From contig DASCPX010000027.1 of NCBI GenBank assembly GCA_036012755.1, positions 96,001-160,000 on the forward strand: a DNA stretch of 64,000 nt. Direction: 5' to 3'. The notes under the pieces were generated by a model that was not told where the DNA came from, did not search any database, and saw nothing but the letters and a program-made list of their open reading frames with translations. Each line of letters opens with the position of its first letter. Position 1 is the stretch's first letter. This document shows, one piece after another, positions 55,782-64,000 of this stretch. A program made the translations under genes and the position numbers. The stretch is from Myxococcota bacterium. Its GTDB lineage: Bacteria > Myxococcota_A > UBA796 > CAJQPC01.

Positions 55782-56519
55782 ATGCTGCCCGCTTTCATCG
55801 CCGAGGCTGCCGAGATCATCGAGGGGCCCGCGCCTCTGCTCTTCACGTGCGAGCACGCCAGCCCTCGCGTGCCCTCTCCGCTGGAGCCCTCTGCTGACGA
55901 CAGTGCAATCCTCGAGACCCACTGGGGCTGGGACATCGGCGCCAGCGCGCTGACCCGCGCCCTGGTCGGGCGGCTCGGTGCCAGCGCGGTGCTCTCTCGC
56001 TTCTCGCGGCTGGTCTGCGACGCCAACCGAGCCCTCGACGACCCCACCTGGATCATGGGTCAGGTCGAGGGCCACCGGATTGCATTCAACCGGCGGGTGG
56101 ACCCCGCCGAGCGCCTCAGGCGGCTCCAGACCTACCACGCGCCCTACCACTCCGCTGTCGACGCCGCCCTTGGTGTCATGGGGCCTCAGACCGTCCTGAT
56201 CGCCATCCACAGCTTCACTCCGGTCTACATCCAGGAGGTGCGGGAGATGAAGGTCGGCGTGCTCTACGACGACTGCGAGGACGCGGCGTTCGCAGTCCGA
56301 GACGCCATCGCATCAGAGATCCCGGAGACCACGCTCAACGCGCCCTACTCAGGGCTCGACGGTGCGATGTACAGCGCCACGCGTCACGGCCGGGGTCACG
56401 ACCTGACCTACCTCGAGCTGGAGCTCCGGCAGGACCTGCTCGCGACGCCGGATGGAATCCAGCTCACTGCGGATCGGCTGGCCTCGGCTCTTCGTCAGGC
56501 GGGGTTGGCGCGCCCGTGA
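55782..56519 (+). CDS. N-formylglutamate amidohydrolase
   Basis: TCEHAS, HWGWDIGA, SRLVCDANR, PYH, IHSFTP, NAPY, ELRQDL. Confidence 0.9.
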   Translation: MLPAFIAEAAEIIEGPAPLLFTCEHASPRVPSPLEPSADDSAILETHWGWDIGASALTRALVGRLGASAVLSRFSRLVCDANRALDDPTWIMGQVEGHRIAFNRRVDPAERLRRLQTYHAPYHSAVDAALGVMGPQTVLIAIHSFTPVYIQEVREMKVGVLYDDCEDAAFAVRDAIASEIPETTLNAPYSGLDGAMYSATRHGRGHDLTYLELELRQDLLATPDGIQLTADRLASALRQAGLARP

Positions 56520-56889
56520 AGGGCCACACTGGGACCTCTGTACCGTCCGGGTGCAGGGACCACTGACAGACGCCGTCGACACATCCGCAGCTCTTCAGCG
56601 CGTGGAAGCAGAGGCGGATCTCGCAGGTGGTCATCACCTCTGCGATCGTCGCGGCCGGTGCGCAGACCTCTCGGCTGCAGCCGCCGCGGAGGCAGTCACT
56701 GTCGACGGCGCACTCGCCGGCAGTCTCCATCCACTCCACGCGCTCGCGGCAGTCCTGGTAGAGCTCGTAGCCGTCTTCGATGATCAGCTCGGTCATCGGC
56801 TGGAGGCCCTCCTCGCCGAAGGGGGAGGCTTTCTCCAGGGGGACGACAGGAGGCTCGGGGGCCTCGCACCAGCAGGCGAACAACATCAT
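56464..56889 (-). CDS. Eight-cysteine-cluster domain protein
   Basis: CAVDSDCLRGGCSREVC...TTCEIRLC...CGCVDGVCQW. Confidence 0.7.
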   Translation of the reverse strand: MMLFACWCEAPEPPVVPLEKASPFGEEGLQPMTELIIEDGYELYQDCRERVEWMETAGECAVDSDCLRGGCSREVCAPAATIAEVMTTCEIRLCFHALKSCGCVDGVCQWSLHPDGTEVPVWPFTGAPTPPDEEPRPADPQ

Positions 56890-57032
56890 GAACACGCGCT
56901 TGACCTCGGCAAAGACACCCACCAATCGAGGAAACCGGAAAGGCCTCGAAACGACCCATGGACGACCTGATGTCCGCAGGCTATCAGGCCGGCCTCTGAC
57001 GCCCTTTTTGGGCGAGACAGCTGGGAGGAGAG

Positions 57033-57743
57033 ATGTCGCGGACGCGCACTGCCCAGATCCTGGCGTGCTTGCTTGCCGCACTCGGCATGGGGTTCCTCGG
57101 GTGTGAGAACGTCGACGTCGAGTCGGACACCCACGAGTTCCCCAAGGTCCCGCACCCGCTCATGCCAACAGAGTATGGCTGGGGCGAGCAGGCGGACTCC
57201 GATGTCGAGTTGCGGAACTCGGTCGGGCGAACGGCACAGCCCGTCGACGACCAGCCGATCGCTTTCGATCACAGCGTCCATGCCGGCACCGTCGAGGACG
57301 GTGGCATGGGCATGGACTGCCAGTACTGCCACGCCAACGCTCGCAAGAGCAGGCACGCGGGTGTCCCTGGGGTCGAGACCTGCGAAGGCTGCCACCACCG
57401 CGGAAACGTCTCCACCGAGGGACGACCGGAGCTGGAGAAGCTGAAGGCCTACTTCCCCGGAGGCGACAAGGAGGGCCAGCCCATCCCCTGGGTCAAGGTC
57501 CACGACATCCCCGACTTCGTGCACTTCGACCACAGCCGCCACATCCAGGGCGGGCTGGAGTGTTCGGAGTGCCACGCCGACATGTCCAAGGAGACGGTCG
57601 CGGTGCGAGCCCAGTCGATGACCCTGGAGATGGGGTGGTGCCTCGAGTGCCACAACGAGCATCCAGCCGTCGAAGATAACTACGGCACCAAGGCCGAGCT
57701 GCGCCGCGCGGAGCTCAAGGACTGCTACACCTGCCACCAGTAG
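57033..57743 (+). CDS. actA: Alternative complex III pentaheme cytochrome c ActA
   Basis: Five CxxCH motifs; QPIAFDHSVH, PDFVHFDHSRH, MGWCLECH. Confidence 0.93.
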   Translation: MSRTRTAQILACLLAALGMGFLGCENVDVESDTHEFPKVPHPLMPTEYGWGEQADSDVELRNSVGRTAQPVDDQPIAFDHSVHAGTVEDGGMGMDCQYCHANARKSRHAGVPGVETCEGCHHRGNVSTEGRPELEKLKAYFPGGDKEGQPIPWVKVHDIPDFVHFDHSRHIQGGLECSECHADMSKETVAVRAQSMTLEMGWCLECHNEHPAVEDNYGTKAELRRAELKDCYTCHQ

Positions 57744-57765
57744 GCGCCACAGAGAGAGACCCCAC

Positions 57766-60700
57766 ATGGCTTCCATGAAACGCCGGGACTTCTTCAAGAT
57801 GGTCGGTGTCACCGGCGCCGCCGGACTGACGGCCTGCGATGTCCGCACGCCTGTCGAGAACGTGCTGCCCTACGTCGTCACGCCCGACCAGATCACTCCT
57901 GGCATCCCCACCTTCTTCTCCTCGGTCTGCGACGGCTGCGCCGCCGGATGCGGGTCCATCCTGCGCCACCGCGAAGGCCGCATCGTGTTCGCCGCTGGAA
58001 ACCCGGACTCCCCGATCGGTCAGGGCGGACTCTGTTCGCTCGGCATCTCCGAGACCCAGGCGACCTATGACTGCGACCAGGTCACGGGTCCGATGGTCCA
58101 GGGCGCCGCGAGCGACTGGGACACGGCCCTCGCCAAGGTGTCAGAGGGCCAAAGCGGCGGTGACGTGGCCTGGATCGGTCGCTACCGGACCGGCGCCGTC
58201 GCCCGGCTGATCGCTGACTTCATGGGCGCCACCGGCGGGACGGAGCTCCACTGGGAGCCCCTCGGCTACGAGAGCCTCGCCAAGGCCGTGCAGCTCGCGT
58301 ACGGCCTCGAGGACACCCTCCCCCGGTATGTCCTCGACGACGCCGAGACCATCGTGAGCTTCGGCGCCGACTGGCTCCACACCTGGCTCGCGAACGTCGA
58401 CCACGGTGCTGGCTGGGCGAAGGCCCGCGACCTGGAGTCCGGTCACGTCGCGGCCTACTACGCCATCGAGTCGAGGCTCTCGCACAGCGGCACCCGCTGC
58501 GACACGTGGTGGGCGCCCAAGCCCGGCACAGAGGCCGGCGTGGCCCTGGCCCTGGCCAAGCTGGTCGCCGACGAGAAGGGCAGCGCGAACGGGGCCGTCC
58601 TGGGCGGCGTCGACGCTGGCGCGCTCGCAGGCGCGGCCGGCATCGACCTGCAGAAGCTCGAGACCCTGGCGAAGCGGCTGGCCTCCGGGCCCTCCGTGAT
58701 CTTCCCCGGTGGGGTCCAGAACCAGGGTGTCAACGGCACGAACCTCGCCCTCGCAACGCTCGTCCTCAACCACGTCTGCGGCAACGTCGGCAACACGGTC
58801 GACTTCGTTCGCGCCCGCAGTGTCGGCCCGATCAGCTCCTTCGCCGATGTCGAGGCCCTGCTGGCTGCCTGCGCCGCCGGCAGCGTCAAGACCCTCTTCA
58901 TCGACGGGCTCGACCTCGTCTTCAACCTGCCGAGCGACGTCGGGGTCGCGGCGGCGCTGGCCAAGGTCGACAACCTCGTCATCTTCGGGAACGGCCTCGG
59001 CGACACGCCGACGGAGGGGGCCATCCTCCTCCCGACGGGTTCCTGGCTGGAGAACTGGGGCGACGCAGAGGTCGTGAGCGGATGGCACGGCCTTCGCCAG
59101 CCCGGCATGAAGCGCATCCACGACACGCGCGGCATCGGTGACGTCCTGCTGAGCCTCGCCAAGGCCGCCGGCATGGGCCGGACGGAGGGCGACACCGGAG
59201 AGACCGCCTCGGAAGACGACGAGGTCGCCCTCGCGCTTCCCATGGTGACCGGCGCCGAGGCTCGAGCCGACTTCGAGGCCGTCGACTTCTACCGCTACGT
59301 CGCGGGCCACTGGCACGAGACGGTCTGGAGCGGCTCCGGGAGCTTCCAGGACTTCTGGGTGGACTCCCTGCGGGCCGGCTTTGCAGAGGCCACGGTCGAC
59401 GAGGTCCAGGTCGGGCTCCGCGGCGACGTTCCGACAATCCAGCCCGGCGAGGCTGTCGCCGGAGACGCGCTCCACCTCTTCCCCCACAGCAACCTCCGCG
59501 ACGGTCGAGGCGCCTCCCGCGCCTGGCTGCAGGAGATCCCCCACCCGGTCAGCGGCCTCACCTGGGCCACCTGGGCCGAGGTCAGCCCCAAGACCGCCGA
59601 GGCGCTGCACATCGAGACCTCGGAGGGCTTCACCGGCCACGTGAGGGTGAAGAGCGCGGGTGGCGAGGTCCTCGCCAACCTCCGCGTCGATAAGGGCATC
59701 GCCGATGGCCACGTCGCCGTGGTGCTCGGCAACGGCCACGAGGCCGGCGGCCGCTACGAGAAGGGCTGGGGCGCCAACGCCTTCCGCTTGCTCCAGACCG
59801 CGAAGGACCCCCTCAGCGGGGCTCTCTGCTACCTCGGCCAGACCGCGTCGATCAGCGCCGCAGCAGATGGGCCGCCTCGCAAGTCGATGAAGGGCAACGA
59901 GACGATGGACAACCGTCCGGTCGCCCTCGTCGCCAACGTCGAGCAGGTGCTCCATGGAGAGGAGCTCGACCTTCGGCAGGGAATGGGAGCGCACGTCGTC
60001 GAGGACCAGCGCCTCGTCGACGCCGGCATCCACGACTTCTACCCGGAGCCGGAGCACCCGACCTACCGCTTCGCGATGAGCTTCGACCTCGACCGTTGCA
60101 CCGGCTGCGGCGCCTGCGAGGCAGCCTGCATCGCCGAGAACAACATCGGCATCACCGGGCCCGAGCAGCACAAGCGCTACCGGTACATGGGCTGGATCCG
60201 ACTGGACCGTTTCTGGGAGGGAGAGGGCGAGCACCCCGACGTGCGCTACCTCCCAGCTGTCTGCCAGCAGTGCGCCCACGCTCCTTGCGAGGGTGTCTGC
60301 CCGGTCGTCGCGACCTACCACAACATCGATGGCCTCAACGCCATGATCTACAACCGCTGCGTCGGCACGCGGTACTGCGCGAACAACTGTCCCTACAGCT
60401 CGCGTCGCTTCAACTGGCACACCTACCTGTGGCCCGAGTCCTTCGAGCTGATGCTGAACCCCGACGTGGCCTCTCGCGAGATGGGCGTCATGGAGAAGTG
60501 CACCTTCTGCGTGCAGCGCCTCCGCGTCGCCAAGGCGGACGCCAGCCCAGGGGTTGCTGGCGACGACGTGCTGTCACACATCACGGCCTGCGCCGAGGTC
60601 TGTCCGAGCGATGCCATCGTCCTCGGCAACCGGAAGGACCCGGAGAGCGCGGTGTCGAAGCTGCACGAGGACCCGCGCAGCTACCAGCTCTTCGAGGAGC

Positions 60701-60816
60701 TCAACACCAAGAATGGCGTGCAGTACCTGGCCCGCCTGACCTTCCAGGACGCCAGCCACGGTGGCGGCCACGGTGGCGAAGAGGCCAGCGCCGGCGACCA
60801 CGATGGGGAGCACTGA
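57766..60816 (+). CDS. actB: Alternative complex III ActB (molybdopterin-oxidoreductase-like plus Fe-S domains)
   Basis: Tat signal KRRDFFK, LTAC, WLQEIPHP, CTGCGAC, CQQCAHAPC, NRCVGTRYC, GVMEKCTFC. Confidence 0.93.
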   Translation: MASMKRRDFFKMVGVTGAAGLTACDVRTPVENVLPYVVTPDQITPGIPTFFSSVCDGCAAGCGSILRHREGRIVFAAGNPDSPIGQGGLCSLGISETQATYDCDQVTGPMVQGAASDWDTALAKVSEGQSGGDVAWIGRYRTGAVARLIADFMGATGGTELHWEPLGYESLAKAVQLAYGLEDTLPRYVLDDAETIVSFGADWLHTWLANVDHGAGWAKARDLESGHVAAYYAIESRLSHSGTRCDTWWAPKPGTEAGVALALAKLVADEKGSANGAVLGGVDAGALAGAAGIDLQKLETLAKRLASGPSVIFPGGVQNQGVNGTNLALATLVLNHVCGNVGNTVDFVRARSVGPISSFADVEALLAACAAGSVKTLFIDGLDLVFNLPSDVGVAAALAKVDNLVIFGNGLGDTPTEGAILLPTGSWLENWGDAEVVSGWHGLRQPGMKRIHDTRGIGDVLLSLAKAAGMGRTEGDTGETASEDDEVALALPMVTGAEARADFEAVDFYRYVAGHWHETVWSGSGSFQDFWVDSLRAGFAEATVDEVQVGLRGDVPTIQPGEAVAGDALHLFPHSNLRDGRGASRAWLQEIPHPVSGLTWATWAEVSPKTAEALHIETSEGFTGHVRVKSAGGEVLANLRVDKGIADGHVAVVLGNGHEAGGRYEKGWGANAFRLLQTAKDPLSGALCYLGQTASISAAADGPPRKSMKGNETMDNRPVALVANVEQVLHGEELDLRQGMGAHVVEDQRLVDAGIHDFYPEPEHPTYRFAMSFDLDRCTGCGACEAACIAENNIGITGPEQHKRYRYMGWIRLDRFWEGEGEHPDVRYLPAVCQQCAHAPCEGVCPVVATYHNIDGLNAMIYNRCVGTRYCANNCPYSSRRFNWHTYLWPESFELMLNPDVASREMGVMEKCTFCVQRLRVAKADASPGVAGDDVLSHITACAEVCPSDAIVLGNRKDPESAVSKLHEDPRSYQLFEELNTKNGVQYLARLTFQDASHGGGHGGEEASAGDHDGEH

Positions 60817-60817
60817 T

Positions 60818-62148
<1,331 letters not shown>

Positions 62149-62152
<4 letters not shown>

Positions 62153-62679
62153 GCACGAGCCCGAACAACGTGAAGGCCGTCTTCCCCTACCTGGACGACC
62201 TCCTCACGGCGATCGACCGCGTGAAGAAGGCTGGCTACAGCGACTTCACGGTCATGTCTCCGCTCCCGAGGCACGAGATCGAAGAGGCCATCTACGAAGG
62301 CAAGCCCTCCCCGGTGCGCTGGTGGACGATGCTCGGCGCGCTCGCAGGCGGGACCGGAGGCTTCGTCCTGTCCTGCCTGACCTCGGCGGTCTGGCCGATG
62401 GCGCTGCCGGGTGGAAAGCCCGTCGTCTCGATCCCGCCCTTCGTCATCATCACCTTCGAGAGCACGGTGCTCATCTCCGGCCTCATCACGCTGGCGGCCA
62501 TCATCTACCACTGCCGCTTGCCCGCCTTCGACCTCGACGTCGAGTGCTGCGACCCGCGCTACACCGTCGACCACTTCGGTCTCGTCGTCCACGGCCTCGA
62601 CTGGGACGACAAGGCGAACGTCGCCAAGCTCCTCAACGACGCCGGAGCGACCGAAGTCGCCGGCTCCACGGAGGCCTGA
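62149..62679 (+). CDS. actD: Alternative complex III ActD (DUF3341)
   Basis: SPLP, two TMs, GGKP, ITFESTVL, DPRY; GTGA coupling. Confidence 0.9.
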
Positions 62680-62680
62680 C

Positions 62681-63316
62681 GTGGCTGTCTCACCCCACAC
62701 CAAGCACACCATCGTCTTCGTCGCAGCCTTCTGCGCGTTGGCCGGGTACGGGACCTGGTCCATCACGACCTACGAGATCTTCCCGTCCTTCATGCAGGGA
62801 CGGCAGCTCTACTTCACGGACATGATGGACGTCCAGACGGTCAAGGCCTACGAACGCGAGATGGTTGGGCTCCCCGAGGGCACCGTGTCGAGAGACCGGT
62901 ACTTCCCCAACCACGACCGCGCGACGGACGAGGGCAAGGCGCTCACCCACGACTACGTCGCCGATCTGGACTTCCTGACCCAGGGCGAGGAGATGTTCTC
63001 GACCTACTGCGTGCCCTGCCACGGAGACGGGGGCGCGGGCATGGGGCCCGTGACCAACCCCGCCAACCCGGGCCGCTTCATGCCGCCCGCACCGGCGCTC
63101 TCCGGCAGCTACGCCCTCACCAAGAACTACACCGACGGCTACCTCTACCTCACCATCCGCAACGGCTCGTTCATCATGCCCGGCTACAGCTGGGCGATGT
63201 CCGACGAGGAGATGTGGGCCACCGTCGAATACCTCCGGACTCTGGAGGGCGCTGACTACGCACCCCCCGAGACCGCGGAAGCCGAGGACGGCGCGTCCTC
63301 GAGCGAGGAGGGCTGA
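62681..63316 (+). CDS. actE: Alternative complex III monoheme cytochrome c ActE
   Basis: DMM, PEGTVSR, CVPCHG, MPGY, WATVEY. Confidence 0.9.
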   Translation: MAVSPHTKHTIVFVAAFCALAGYGTWSITTYEIFPSFMQGRQLYFTDMMDVQTVKAYEREMVGLPEGTVSRDRYFPNHDRATDEGKALTHDYVADLDFLTQGEEMFSTYCVPCHGDGGAGMGPVTNPANPGRFMPPAPALSGSYALTKNYTDGYLYLTIRNGSFIMPGYSWAMSDEEMWATVEYLRTLEGADYAPPETAEAEDGASSSEEG

Positions 63317-63319
63317 ACC

Positions 63320-64000
63320 ATGGTCGGCATTCCCCACTTCGACCCCAGACCTCATCTCGGGCCTCCCGCGATCCCCACCACGGTCAAGATCGTCGGCTTC
63401 GCGATGCTCGCGGTTGGCCTGGCTGCTCTCGCTGGCATGCTCCAGGGGGGCGAAGAGTCCGCCCTGCGAGCCCGGATCGCCTTCCTCGTCTCCATGAACT
63501 ACTTCGTCGGCATCAGCTTCGGCGGCATCGCCTTCCTGGCCGCGATGACCATCACAGAGGCCCGCTGGAGCAGGCCGCTCAAGCGCATCGCGGAGGGTTT
63601 CGCGGCCTTCACGCCGGTGATCTGGATCCTCTTCCTGCTGTTCTACGCGACCGGCGGACTCGACCTCTACGAGTGGCACAACCACCCCGAGCAGTTCCAC
63701 GGCCACAAGCACGCCTGGCTGCAGGACGGCTTCTTCCTGGGCCGCAACCTCTTCGCGATGGGCCTGCTCTCGCTGCTGGGTCTCTTGTACATCCGCGCCT
63801 CGCTGAAGCCCGACCTGCTCGCCGCCAAGGCCGAGCTCGGCTCGGTGGCACCGGCGTGGTGGGATCGCGTCATCGGCGGCGCCACGAACGTCAACGCCGA
63901 GATCGAGAGCGCCAACAAGCACATGACCGTGCTCTCCCCCATCCTCGCCATCCTCTACGCCGTCACGCTGACCCTCTATGCCTTCGACGCCATCATGAGC
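63320..64000 (+). CDS. actF: Alternative complex III ActF (3' truncated by window)
   Basis: TM helices, ARWSRPLKRIAE, LYEW, KHAWL, FFLGR; position after actE. Confidence 0.88.
   Translation, partial: MVGIPHFDPRPHLGPPAIPTTVKIVGFAMLAVGLAALAGMLQGGEESALRARIAFLVSMNYFVGISFGGIAFLAAMTITEARWSRPLKRIAEGFAAFTPVIWILFLLFYATGGLDLYEWHNHPEQFHGHKHAWLQDGFFLGRNLFAMGLLSLLGLLYIRASLKPDLLAAKAELGSVAPAWWDRVIGGATNVNAEIESANKHMTVLSPILAILYAVTLTLYAFDAIMS

Overview
A gene-dense, uniformly high-GC chromosomal segment, probably from a Myxococcota-like bacterium (inferred from a TIGR02266-type PilZ protein, MYXO-CTERM-like tails, an AgmX/PglI-like C-terminal domain and two Hsp70s). It holds about 62 CDSs and three tRNAs (Ala-CGC, Leu-TAA, Ala-GGC). 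I saw no integrase, transposase, prophage or CRISPR array. Main blocks: an atypical Hsp70 / J-like membrane protein / TPR-zinicin cluster; the minus-strand run rpsT-lepA-lepB-orf-pyrR-pyrB-pyrC'-greA-recG-like; ugd, holA, rpsU, a second DnaK, an M16 peptidase, many secreted or lipoprotein genes, a FAN1-like nuclease, pyk, and an alternative complex III operon (actABCDEF) running off the right edge. Most notable observations: (1) about 13 exported proteins have ultra-short signal peptides with no basic n-region (e.g. MIALVAC, MWLLALAC, MWWISLALA); (2) an intact full-length RecG-like gene has all helicase/ATPase motifs degenerate; (3) a lid-less Hsp70 sits next to a membrane protein with two HPD-less J-like domains; (4) lepA has no canonical start codon and probably starts at CTG; (5) tandem BPI/LBP-like MYXO-CTERM proteins lie behind a 16-bp direct repeat; (6) a structured ~80-bp tandem repeat follows dnaK. 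All family assignments come from motif recognition by eye, not database searches.
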